64,000 bases of DNA, from assembly GCA_951406725.2 (NCBI GenBank), contig OX597814.1, forward strand, positions 202,926,001-202,990,000. The letters run 5' to 3'. The stretch is from Octopus vulgaris (Eukaryota). This document shows, in pieces, positions 22,886-34,887 of this stretch. A program made the translations under genes and the position numbers. Position 1 is the first letter of the stretch. Every line of letters starts with the position of its first letter. The notes beneath the pieces were generated by a model that had not been told where the DNA came from, searched no databases, and saw only the letters and a list, made by a program, of their open reading frames with translations.

Positions 22886-24545
22886 ATATTGATTGATTTC
22901 TTGTAAAGGAAGCTTTGTTTCCTAGTCAGGTCAGAGATGTCTTTTTTCAGTATTTGTTGCTGAAATAAACTAAACAGTTCAGAATGCATCCATCAGTCTA
23001 GTAGAGGGTGCTCTGAGCTTATTTGGATGTGTCAACATTTTATTTTGAAGCTAGAATTTTATTTCCATGAGAAACTGCAGTGAAAAATATATCTCAGATA
23101 TATTAGAACTGGTCTTACTTTTCAATCACTTCTTCACGCAGTTACTTGTGAATGTTTTCGCCAGGTGGCCTCCACCAACTGGCAGCACAGCAAAGAGCAA
23201 ACTCGGCCATCCAGTTGTATTGACCATGTAGTCGCAGTCCGGTTGGCAACAGCCACCAGGCTTGCAGCATCAGCCACAGTCGCATCCACACTAACACAGA
23301 TGGGCATACTTAACGACACCGCACTGGTGTTTTGAATAAGACAAGATTGTCCTGTGACCTGTTGAATATCTTCAGAGACTTTTTTTCATGGTAGAAGAGT
23401 GTTTGGAGTGAGGAGTTTTCATTGTATGTCATGTAGATAATGGATGTAAGAGGCAGTTTAAGGAGGCGTGTTTTTTTTTTATCCTTCTTACTTAGGAAGG
23501 GAAATGCAGAAGCCATGGCTCTTTATTTTCAGTCTCCAAGAAATGGTGGGGATAGAGGAGAAGATAATCCTCAAACTAGGGACCCAGCCTGAATAATTTA
23601 AGTCAGTGAACTCTACTAAAGGTACTCAAAGACCAAGTATGTGGTTGTGTTAAACAAAAAGATGAATGAAGTTCCCACCACCTTGGGTGGTGGTATTAAA
23701 CCCAAAAAAATGGATTAAAGTCTATTCCCCAACCCCAAGAACTCAGATTACAAAGAAAGGCAACACAAACTGCAAGGTCTCTTGTATGAATTCCTAATAA
23801 TTCCACTGACTTACTTTCCTTGGTGTTACCTTATTTTATTGACAAATCTAGCCCCAAATGAAGGAAAGGCAACGTTGACCCTGGCAGGATTTGAACTCAG
23901 CATACAGAAAGCTGGAATGACTACCATGAGGTATTTCTTCTATGCTCTAATGATTCAGCTAATTTGATGCTTTGGTGGTTTTATCTGAATCGTGTTGTTA
24001 GAAGATGATTAATGTGCAGAAGGAATTGTTCAGTATAAGTGTACTGATGAGTATTATACAGAGAAAAGAGACTGGAGATAATTAAAGAATGATTTAATTA
24101 TGATCATCTTAGTCACTTTGAGATGGTGGAAGTGAGGGTGGTTGGTCAGTAACTTGGCAGAGTCAGCCAGATAGCCAGATTCTTTCATTTTTCTTTTCTG
24201 TCTCTGGTAGTGTGGATGAAATACAGTTGTAAGTTTTCCATAAATTTGGACAGATTCCTACTTGGATAGAGAAAGGGTGAAGAATTTTGGTAAGTATAGG
24301 TACTGTCTCAAGGACCGTCAGTGTGGGGGTAATAGTGGGAGCAATGTTGGAATCAGTGGTATTCCTGGGTTAGGATAACAGGGTTGAAGGTAAAGTGAAG
24401 TAAATGCTTATTTTAAAACAATTGCAGAAACAGAGAAGAAAAAACATTTCCAACTGATGTAAGCATTTATTAAAAACAATGTGTGCATGTATGTGCATAT
24501 ATGTGTGTATATGTGCTTGCACACATGCATGTTTGTATCCGTAAA

Positions 24546-24720
24546 TGGAAGCCATCTGCTCGTGATACCAGAGGGTGCACACACACCTACCCTGATGTAA
24601 TCTCCAGGGATACAGGCATCCAGCAACAGGACCTCCGTGGTGCTATGATGGACCGTGAAATCTGGCGTGGCATAGTGAATTCCATTGTCTCGACCACGGT
24701 CAAACAATGAGGATGACGAT
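24546..24720 (+). mobile_element. RTE-type LINE extreme 3' end
   Basis: WKPSARDTRG...YPDVISRDTGIQQQDLRGAMMDREIWRGIVNSIVSTTVKQ*, followed by a (GAT)-like tail. Confidence 0.75.
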
Positions 24721-25095
24721 TGTATCTGTGTTTGTGTAGCTATATCTATATACATGTGTTTGTATACATTTTTTCATGTGTATATAAATGCACTTTTCAT
24801 GTGTATATAAATGCTATATCTATATACATGTTTGAATACATTTTTTCATGTGTATATAAATGCACTTTTGTATGCATATGTGCACACACATATGCATACA
24901 TGTGTGTATGCATATGTTTGTATACATATGCAAACTTGTATGTCTGTGTATGTGTGAGTACCAATGTTTTGTATACATATGCTTGACTATCTGTATGCTT
25001 ATATATTTGTGCTTATATAAATTTATTATACTATATATATATACAAGTGTTTTTGTTTGCACGTGTGTGTATATATTTGTGTGTTGTTTCTGTGT
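24721..25095. repeat. Degenerate (TG)/(TA) low-complexity tract with an internal ~72-bp duplication
   Basis: Directly visible. Confidence 0.85.
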
Positions 25096-25769
25096 TTCTA
25101 TCAAACTTTAACAACACATTATTGATCGCACAATCTAGGATTGTATTGTGTATCTGTATTGGAATATTAGTTTCTAAATCTATTCTTTACTGACTGAGAA
25201 TAATAAAACTTATTCGCTTACACATAAAAGAACTTCTCAGAAAGTAGGATTAACTTTTGAAGTGAAACTTAATAAGAGAATAATTTGTGCAACACTACCC
25301 ATCCATCCCCCCCATCTAACTTCCATCTTTCAGATTTGATGTCAGTGAACTAACCTTTTATTGACAATAATTTATGATTTTACAGTGAAAACATTAAGAA
25401 AAAAATCATTGAATAATTTTTTCAATTTTTATTTTTTGTGGGGCTTGGTCTGAAGGAAAGGGTTATATTTTGGCCTTCACAAGCCCTCCTTAATTAAAAT
25501 TCCTCTTAAATGATATTCACTACAACAAATGCTAATTGGAATTGCCAGTTTTGAACTAACAAAGCCTAATATGACATGTCATCAGTATTTAATGTCCATA
25601 TTCCATGCAGGTAGGGGTTATATGGTTTGACAGGATCTGAGCGACTTGTAGCAGGAATATTTAGCAATCAAACCTAGATCACAATATCTGATGCCAATAT
25701 AACTGACTCAAGAATACAATCACAATTTGTTAAAATATTACCAATGTCATGAAAAGATCTGACCATTAC

Positions 25770-26050
25770 TTCATGCGGAATCAGATCTAACAACAATTTC
25801 ATCTTTGCTGCACTTTTTCTGAGCACAACCAACACTATATATTCAGCACATTTTGGCTGCTAGTGACAGACAGTGGATGACAGACCTCATACTGGACTCA
25901 GAAGATGGCAGACAGTAACAGAATTTGCAGCTGGCCAGAGTGCTGTCTCAGCACAAAACAATGGACAGATGGTTAACAACAACACACAATGATCAGCTAA
26001 CATCAAGGAACCTACAACAGTGAATACTATCATTCCTAGTCCAAGAATGA
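25770..26050 (+). mobile_element. Possible highly decayed RTE-like LINE 3' remnant
   Basis: Nucleotide phrasing resembles the ASDR..W...TGLRR-type C-terminus; heavily frameshifted. Confidence 0.3.
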
Positions 26051-26154
26051 TAAGCTCTGAACTGTCTTGGTGTTTGTTATTGCTTGCAATAAAAATAGAT
26101 ACATGTTTGTTAAAAATCTCAAACAGATTACAGTGTTCTTTATCATAACATTTC

Positions 26155-26700
26155 ATCATCATCATCATCCTTTAACATCCGCTTTCCATGTTGGCATGGG
26201 TTAGACAGTTTGCCTGAGGACTGGCAAGCCGGGTGGCTGCACCAGGCTCCAGTCTGTTCTGGCAAAGTTTCTACAGCTGGATGCACTTCTTAATGCCAAC
26301 CACTGTACAGAATGTACTGGGTGCTTTTTATGTGCCACTGGCATGGGTATCTATCAGGTGGCACTTGCATTGACCATGCTTGAATGGTGCTTTTTACATG
26401 CCACTGGCTCAGGAGCCAGTCAGATATCACTAGCATCGACCATGCTTGAATGGTGCTTTTTATGTGTCACCACCACAGGAGCCAGTCAGGTGGCACTGGC
26501 ATCAATCACACTCAAATGGTGCTTTATACATTCCACTGGCACGAGTGCCAATCAGGCAACACTGGCATCGGTTATGCTTGAATGGTGCATTTTACGTGCC
26601 ACCAGCATCATGCTCTGTTATCTACTTTAGCATGGTTTCTACTGCTGGATGCCCTTACCAATGCCAGCCACTTTACAGTGTGTATTGGGTGCCATCAACA
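26155..26700 (-). mobile_element. Family D retroposon with ~4 diverged internal repeats
   Basis: (CAT)n tail and repeated CATGCTTGAATGGTGCTTTTTACATGCCAC units. Confidence 0.82.
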
Positions 26701-26973
26701 ATACTGAGGTCACTACATGACTTGCAAGGCTGTGAGTACCAAGGAGAGGGGGAACTTTTCACGAGGAGAATAAGTAGAGATGGAGTAAAGCAGAGAAAAG
26801 GGTTGGAGTAGAACAGGTCTCTTGCTGTAGAGGAACTACATGGCTCCTCACATTTTAGAAGGGAGGTGGAGCTTGAAAGTAGTATAACTGGTGATGAAGT
26901 GTGAGAAGGAACCTTCCAGTTTCATACAAAAATTAATTTGGATAAAGTGATTGGGAAAGATAAGTAAATGATA

Positions 26974-27469
26974 CAGTTCTATATTTAAGAGATGAGGAAT
27001 TTTGTACATTATTTACATCATTTACAATTGATGGATATTTGTCCTCATTTTGTTTGTTGTTAACACAATGTTTCGACTAATATACCCTCCAGCCTTCATC
27101 AGATGTCTTGGGGAAATTTTGAACCTGGGTTCTCATTCCTAAGGAATTTTTCAATGTTGTTGTTATTATTATTATAACCACTAGGCCATATGCCCACGGG
27201 CATATGGCATAGTGGTTAAGAATGCAGGCTACTAACCCCAATATTCCAAGTTCAATTCCAGGCAGTGATCCGAAAATAATGATAATAATAATAATGATAA
27301 TTATAATAATAATAATAATAATAACAACATCGAAAAATACCTTAGGAATGAGAACACCGGTTCAAAATTTCCCCAAGACATCTGATGAAGGCTGGGGGGT
27401 ATATCAGCTGAAACATTGTGTTAACAACAAACAAGATGAGGACAAATATCCGTCATATGTAAATAATGT
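26974..27469. mobile_element. Head-to-head palindromic retroelement: tRNA-like head + (AAT)n + hammerhead-bearing Penelope-like tail
   Basis: Arms ~27006-27175 and ~27275-27469 are reverse complements; centre taaccactaggccatatgccc-ac-gggcatatggcatagtggtta; head 27198-27270 has A-box TGGCATAGTGG and B-box AGTTCAATTCC. Confidence 0.8.
27377..27422 (+). ncRNA. Minimal type-I hammerhead ribozyme-like motif (mirror copy on the minus strand at 27062-27107)
   Basis: gacat-CTGATGA-a-ggctg-loop-cagct-GAAAC-att-gtgtt: stem I, core, stem II and GAAA present; stem III essentially absent, as in Penelope minimal hammerheads; ATT in place of the usual GTH. Confidence 0.6.
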
Positions 27470-28489
27470 TAGATAAATAAAGTTGAACATTTATATATGT
27501 TTTAACATTATCATGATAAAATAGATGTGAAATGAATATTAACAAAGTATTTATATTTAATTTCTATGTTCTGTTATTATAATTATGAAAAATGTGGATG
27601 CATTCTCCATACATACAAATCTGTAATTTAAAAAGTTTTTTTTATTTTTTGGCAATTTAAATTCCAAGTCTGCAACTGATTTGAAAGAATATGACAACTT
27701 TAAATCTGGAATAATTAATGACAACCATTATACCTATAATTATAAGTATCAATATACCTATAGATAGGTAGTAGCTAGATAGCTATAAGTACACACATAC
27801 ACGCACATGTCTATATCTAAGCCTTTTATGTCAGCTAATTACCTACTTGTCACACAAAGTGAAAGATGAAATTAATCCATTGTCACAAAACAGTATTGAA
27901 CATGCAATCATTTGTTTTGGAAATATGTCATTTTATCAGCTTAATGTTATCGCAATTATTGATCACATGACAACTCTAATTTCGCTGTCATTTTATCAAA
28001 ACAACCAGAAAATTACAATATGAAATCTGTATAGTAATTAAAACAGTTACGAGGTTTTACTATTATTATTACTATTATTATCGTTATTATCGTTTCCAAT
28101 AATTTGTCTAACTAGAAGATGTATTGTAAGTTGGTGTAGAAGCGGACACGAATATAATTACATTTGTGATGTTCAATGGCTCACTCGACGGTATTATGTG
28201 ATGAAGAAAGGAAAATCCACATGATATGTAAATAAAAATCAAATTTAAGTGTAATCCTATATTGGCTTCTTGTGGTGATGTGGAAGAAATTAAACTCCTA
28301 TTTTAAATCATACTTAATGCACTTAAAGCTCTGTTAAACACTTCTACAACTTTTACAAATGTTATCAAATTGGTTTGGTTTCTTTTTTTTATATATATAT
28401 ATATTTTGGTTGAAGAAGGAGGAGTAGGAGGAGGAAGAGCTATATAGTAACTGCAGGCCACGCTAGATCGGTTGGTTGATAAAGGATTA

Positions 28490-28732
28490 TGCGTATGTGT
28501 GTATTAATAACTGTCTACATGTATTTGTATGTGTATGTGTACAAGGGTGAGAGTGTGTCCAGGTACATATGTATGTTTACGTATGCTGTATATGTGGATA
28601 TGTTTATGTATGTGTATGAGTAACTATATCTATGCTTGAATGTCTATACATGTGTGAAAGTGTATATGTATGTGTGAGTTCATGTCTAAGTATGTGTGCT
28701 GTGTATTTGTGTCTGTGTATTTGTGTGCGAGT
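28490..28732. repeat. Degenerate (TATG)/(TG)n tract
   Basis: Directly visible. Confidence 0.8.
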
Positions 28733-29139
28733 GAAAAATCTATCCTGGCTTAAGTTTGTTGTTTACATCATTCAATGCAAATATTAGTATTGTTTAGTGA
28801 AAACCATTTGGCTGAGGCCTTCCAAAATGGTTTCTGGAATTATTAATTACTACAAAACCACTTGAGTTTAGTTTATTCGTTAAATAATAGTTTTTAATTA
28901 ATCCATTAATACATGTTTTACATTACATTAATTTAAAATAAGCTGACCTGAGGCGAGACAACAATAATTAACAACAGTCTAAGTTTAATCAATTTCGTTA
29001 TCATTTTCATTCCTAATTTTCCATCTCAATTCCAAAGAGAATTTCTTATAAAATTGTGGCTCTGGAACTTTACGCAAAAGGGGAATAGCTATATGAATAT
29101 GTATCATGTACAAGTTTAGGGTGGTATGTAGCTAGAATT

Positions 29140-29545
29140 GCTAGAAGGTTGTAAAAAAAATAATAATTTGTAGTAATTTTTCTGGATCTTTGTGCTTGGA
29201 GTTCAAATCCTACTGAGGTCAGCTTTCCCTTTAATTCCCCCAGGGGCAATAAAAAACATAGCCCCAGTTAAATATTGCTTTTAAATTTTGGCACAAGGCA
29301 AACAATTTCAGAGGAGGAGGCGGGTCGATTACACCGACTCCAGTGGTACTTATCGACCCTGGAAAGATGAAAGACAAAGTCAACCTCAGCAGGATTTTAA
29401 CTCAGATATAAGGACAGACGAAATGACACTAAGCATTTTCCCCCACCATGCTAACAATTCTGCCAGCTCACCTCCTTGCGCCAATTAAATATTGCAGTCA
29501 ATTTAGTTGACTGACTGTTCCTCCACCAAAGTTCTATCCTATGTT
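29140..29545. mobile_element. Nested A/B-superfamily SINEs in opposite orientation
   Basis: Minus-strand copy ~29280-29480 lies between repeats cca(g/a)ttaaatattgc inside an older plus-strand copy. Confidence 0.7.
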
Positions 29546-30789
29546 AGAAACTATTTTCTTGGACAATTTTAAAGGTTTAAGTGTTGGGAATACCCTGTGT
29601 CTATCTGATATTTCTTGAATTATTTGTGGAATTTGCAATAAAAGTTATGGTCCACTTAGTTGTATTGTTTAAGAAATAGAAATATGAGTCAGGAAACACT
29701 TGACCAGTTTTGGAATATCTTCTTCATTGGTACGAGTGGATTCATGTCAAAGAGAAATGACTTGCTTGGCTGCTATCCTGGTAATATTGTCTGTAGATTG
29801 AGTAGTACCACAATGAATATCACATATCAATGTCCAAGTTCTTCTGTACCACAAAGAACCTCACAGCAGAGACTCCTCCCCCATGCAGCCCAGGAGACGA
29901 CCATTTATATCCTCCCAGTTCCTGTCATGCACTGTTAATAATATATGGCAACGGAGATAACTACCTATCTAAAAACCCGTAGTGAATCTCAGAATATCAC
30001 AAGTTTGTCTTACATCTTTCATCTAGCTTTTGGAAACTTAATAGTGCAAGGGAATTAACATTATTTGGAAGGATATCATGAAAGATAAACTTTGCAGAGG
30101 TTCAGTTTGAATTGTATGCAACCAACCCAGCAGTACATAGAAACTAAACATTTAGACCAGTAGAGTTCAACTGGTCTCTCTTTGTTTTCAAGAAATTGTT
30201 TCATAAAAAGAGGACTAGCGGTGCCCTTGGACCATCTCAGGACATCCAAGACTAATGAGAAGTAAAGATGTTACTCTCAGACTAGAGACTTATTACAAAC
30301 GATTGCAACAAAGTGGAATCTGCTAAAATCACCTAAAGACCTGGTGATGCAGTTTTTAATTGGGCAACCACTTCAGAACAGATATGGTCCTGTCAGAAGG
30401 ATTCCACACAGTTTTTATTAGATCGATTTAACAAATGCTTTAGTTAATTCTGGGCTATGGTGGAAGACACTTACCTACTATGTCACAGTTGGATCGAACT
30501 TAAAACTACATGGTTGTGATACTAACTTCTTAAGTACATAGTAACAAAGATTGACAATAAAACTGAGACATATGGTTCAATCAGAAAATCTTGGTGGATC
30601 TGCCCAAAGCTATAGTAGAAAACACTTGCCTAAAGTACTGTACTGTTGAACAGAACCCAGAACCATGTGGCTGCAAAGTGAGCTCCTTAACCACACAGCC
30701 ATGCCTGCACTTATGAAAACTATTTCTAATATTTTCCAATGGTATTTAGCGAACAATATTATTTCCCAAACTCAACTGTGTTTTGAAAG

Positions 30790-30995
30790 CCTCCTCTGGC
30801 CCCTGTGTCCCTGGCATGTAAAAAGCACCCACTACACTCACGGAGTGGTTGGCGTTAGAAAGGGCATCCAGCTGTAGAAACTCTGCCAGATCAAACTGGA
30901 GCCTGGTGCAGTCTCCTGGCTTCTCAGACCCCAGTTGAACCATCCAACCCATGCTAGCATGGAGAATGGACGTTAAACGATGATGATGATGATGA
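30790..30995 (+). mobile_element. 5'-truncated family D retroposon
   Basis: Conserved 3' block and (GAT)n tail; an empty-site paralogue is present at ~33760-33800. Confidence 0.85.
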
Positions 30996-31359
30996 AATCT
31001 TGTTAAGTCTGTGTTGTTAAACACTTTCCTTTAGATCAAATATTTCTTTCACTATCTGCAATTCTGTTTTGCTTATACTTTGTGGTTGTTTAACAAAGTC
31101 CATGCTGCTACTTCAGCGAAAGCTTATATGTTAATTAGCATTATCTATATTCATTATTCACATATATTTGTTATAAACATTTTTCTTTTTAGCATTTTAC
31201 TATGCAGGTTTTATTAAATTAGTTATGCATTATTTTCATTTTGTTATTGAATCAATATAAAAGTTCTTGTTTTTAGTGAAGTTGCAGTGTTTTTACAGTT
31301 CTGGTTGCAAAATGTCTTGAAACATTTCATTTTTTGTTTTTTGCTAATAACTAAAAGAC

Positions 31360-31730
31360 TATGGTTGCAAATACAAGCAGCTGAAATGGGATTCCTCTGA
31401 AAAGGGTCCCTGGAGCAATGCTAGTTGACAGGTTATGTAGCTCAGAGATCAGAGAGCCTTTCCTCCAAGTTGTGCTGCTGCTGCTTTCTGCATTAAGAGA
31501 TCACAGCTCCAGCGTTAGGGAAAAGTGATTAGAATGTCAGAGGAAAGAATCACAAGACAGATTTGTCAAGCTGAGCCAACCAGCAGGAGATCTAAGGGTA
31601 AACCAAGCGGGAGTTTGTGGGATAACATCCATAGTATTATTTGGTCATGGTTGGCAATCCAGCTGGAAAATGTAATGACAATTGCTTCTGATAGGAGCCT
31701 GACAACTCTACTGCCATGGCCTTCCCAGAA
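31360..31730 (+). mobile_element. RTE (Expander-like) LINE 3' fragment, pseudogenised
   Basis: Reads IQAAEMGFL..., DRLCSSEIRE..., RSQLQR..., IRMSEERITRQICQAEPTSRRSKGKP...ASDRSL, classic RTE post-RT motifs with stops and frameshifts. Confidence 0.85.
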
Positions 31731-31794
31731 ATAGTTGGTTAGAAAGTTGGAGGATATAAATGATGGTGTTGTTTTGTTTTTTTCATCCCATTGC

Positions 31795-32385
31795 ATTGGG
31801 CAAGCGTCTTCTACTATAGTTTTGGGCTGAGCAAAGCCTGGTCAGTGGGTTAGGTACACAGAAACTGAATGAACCTGAATGACAGTGGCAAGCTGGTAGA
31901 AACGTTAGCATGCCGGGCGAAATGCTTAGTGGTATTTCATCTGCCGTTACGTTCTGAGTTCAAATTCCGCCACGGTCAACTTTGCCTTTGATCTTTTCAG
32001 GATCGATAAATTAAGTACCAGTCTCACACAGGGGGCAATGTAATTGATTTAATCCGTTTGTCTGGCCTTGTTTGTCCCCGCTATGTTTATCCCCTTGTGG
32101 GCAATAATGAAATAAGAAACTGAATGAACCCCATGATGTGTGTGTGTGTGTGCGTGTGTTAGTATCTGAGTTTCCCCCCACCCCCACCACTTGACAACCA
32201 GTGTTGACATGTTTACATCACTGTAACTCAACAGTTCAGCAAAGGAAACCAATAAAATAAGCACTAAGTTTTAAAAGAAAAAATAAGTCCTTGGGTTGAA
32301 TCATTTCACTAAAAATTCTTCAAGGCAGTGCTCCAGCATGGCAGCAGCCTAATGGCTGAAACAAGTAAACGATAAAAAGATAATA
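31795..32385 (+). mobile_element. Family C SINE interrupted by a family A SINE (~31880-32113)
   Basis: TSD agaaactgaatgaacc on both sides of the inner element. Confidence 0.85.
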
Positions 32386-33250
32386 AATGATATTCCATCA
32401 AATATCAACAATGAAATATCACATTTCATTTCAACCAAATTATGAGTTCAAATTAAAAGGACCTCAGATCTTCTTCTTCTTCAATTTGGTAATATTCTTT
32501 CGCTCTACCATTGCCCCCCCCCCCCTCCCGTCATATTTGAATCTCTCTCTCTCTTCACTTCATTTCAGTACTTGATGATTTCATTCCTAATAACTTCTGC
32601 TTTATTGGTTTATTCATGCACACAGATACTTTGTTATTGATTGCTAGCTCCTTGACTCATATTAGGTCCTCTCCTTGCTCTCCCAGTCGCTTGATTACAT
32701 TCATCCATTGAACGAACCCATATTATACAATTCTAAATGCCAGCAAGAACTTTCTTCTTTTTTCCTATTAGACTTTGTTTTTATTGCAACATATTTTTAT
32801 AAGAAGAAAAGAAAGAAAAACTGCATTAAACGTATAAAAGATCAAATTATTGAGAAAAAAAAAGCCATAACTACCTCACCAATGAAACAAAGAAAATGCG
32901 GGGGTTAAACAGCAGAAGATGGTGGTGGGGAGTAACAGGTTGTACACCCCAGAACAAATGGTGTGTTTAGCTGCCCCTCCTGGACATGGTTGTAATGGTG
33001 GTACCATGGAGAACGGCCAGCAACACTCCCTGCAGCAGCCACCCCACCTTGTAGGACTCATTCCTAAGATGGGCTGCAACTGTCCCAATTTTTTGGAGGA
33101 GCATATTTTAATTCATAGCTTAAAACTTATTTAAATCATTGTATAAACTTTATCAATAACAATTAGGATTTTTACTGAGGTATTAGCTGTTGTATATTGT
33201 AGCTTCACAGGGTTGTGTGTAATAGAGTTTACAAGGATGTATGTTGTGAA

Positions 33251-33586
33251 GGCGCATGGCTCAGTAGTTAGAGCATCGAGCTTACGATCGTGAGGTTGTG
33301 AGCTCGAATCCTGGACCGGGCAGCGTGTTGTGTTCTTGGGCAAGACACTTTATTTCACGTTGCTCCAGTTTATTCAGCTGTAGAAATGAGTTGCAACGTC
33401 ACAGGTGCCAAGCTGTATCGGCCCCTTTGCCTTTCCCTTGGATAACACTGGTGGCGTGGAGAGGGGAGGCCGGTATGCATGGGCGACTGCTGGTCTTCCA
33501 TAAACAACCTTGCCCGGACTTGTTCCTTGGAGGGTAACTTTCTAGGTACAATCTCATGGTCAGTGTCGTGACCGAAGGGGGTCTCA
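33251..33586 (+). mobile_element. Full-length tRNA-derived CORE-type SINE
   Basis: A-box TGGCTCAGTAG, B-box GAGCTCGAATCC, then CORE-like GTGTTCTTGGGCAAGACACTTTATTTCAC...CAGCTGTAGAAATGAG; CpGs retained, so relatively young. Confidence 0.85.
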
Positions 33587-34247
33587 ATGTTTTTATGGCA
33601 CTGTGCTTAAGAAACTTGCTTTGCAACCATGTGGTTTTGGATTCAGTGCAAAGTTAGCTTCTTAACCACACAGCCATGTCTGCACTTATGGAAACCATTT
33701 CTGATGGTATTTCGAATGGTATTTAGCAAATAATATTATTTTCCAAACTCAACTATGTTTTGAAGTCAACATGAAAGCTTGTTAAGTCTGTGTTGTTAAA
33801 ATGGGCAAGTGTCTTTTACTATAACCTCGAGTCGGCCAATACCTTGTGAGTAAATTTGGTAGGTGGAAACTGTGTTGAAGCCTGTCATATATGTATGTTT
33901 ACAAGGATGTATGTTTTATGGCACTATGATTAAGAAGCTTACCTTGCAACCATGTGGTTCTGGATTCAGTGTCACCATGTGGCACCTTGGGCAAGTGTCT
34001 TTTACTATATATAACCTCAGGTTAACCAATACCATGTGAGTAAATTGGTAGGTGGAAACTGTGTAGAAGCCTGTCATATGCATGTGTGTCTGTGTATCTC
34101 ATCACCTACTGCTTGATTGTTTGTGTCCCTATAACTTAACAGTTTGAAATTTGTGTCCCTGTAACTTAACATTTCAGCAAAAGTGACCAATAAAATAAGG
34201 ACCAGACTTGAAAATAAGTACTGGGGTTGATTTGTTTGTCTACAGCC

Positions 34248-34887
34248 CAGTGGTTCTCGACCATTTTTTACCTATGGAACCCAACTTTGGTTCCTATTTT
34301 ACTCTTCTGGACCCCCAAAGACATTTGAAGTTTTAAAAAATCACATTTTATAATTAAATATTATGAGGAATTGTATTAAAAAATTACTCATTTACTCTTT
34401 TACTTGTTTCAGTCATTTTGACTGTGGCCATGCTGGAGCTCCACCTTCAGTCGAGCAAATCGACCCCAGGACTTATTCTTTGTAAGCCTAGTACTTATTC
34501 TATCGGTCTTTTTTGCCAAACTGCTAAGTTATGAGGATGTAAACACACCAGCATCAGTTGTCAAGCGATGTTGGGGGGACAAACACACACATACATATAT
34601 ATATACATATACACGACAGGCTTCTTTCAGTTTCCGTCTACAAAATCCACTCACAAGGCTTTGGCTGGCCCGAAGCTATAGTAGAAGACACTTGCCCAAG
34701 GTGCCACGCAGTGGGACTGAACCCGGAACCATGTGGTTCGTAAGCAAGCTACTTACCACACAGCCACTCCTACGACTATTATTTTGTACATTGTAGAAGT
34801 ATGACCAATTTATTGTGCATAAATTTTAACAACTAAGACTTATATGGACCTCTAAGGGTTATGTATACCAAAGTTTGAGAACCACTG
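34248..34887. mobile_element. hAT-like MITE (TIR CAGTGGTTCTC / GAGAACCACTG), inserted in a family C SINE and itself carrying a young family C SINE (34385-34775, minus)
   Basis: Terminal inverted repeats visible; body homologous to 41420-41645 and 48312-49121. Confidence 0.78.

Noticed and set aside
23157-23187. Two adjacent CTCF-like motifs
   Set aside because: Mismatches in the core; cannot be supported without a PWM scan or ChIP data.
33251-33320. tRNA gene candidate (also 27198-27270 and 61130-61200)
   Set aside because: A and B boxes are present, but there is no proper acceptor stem and each continues into a SINE body; these are SINE heads.
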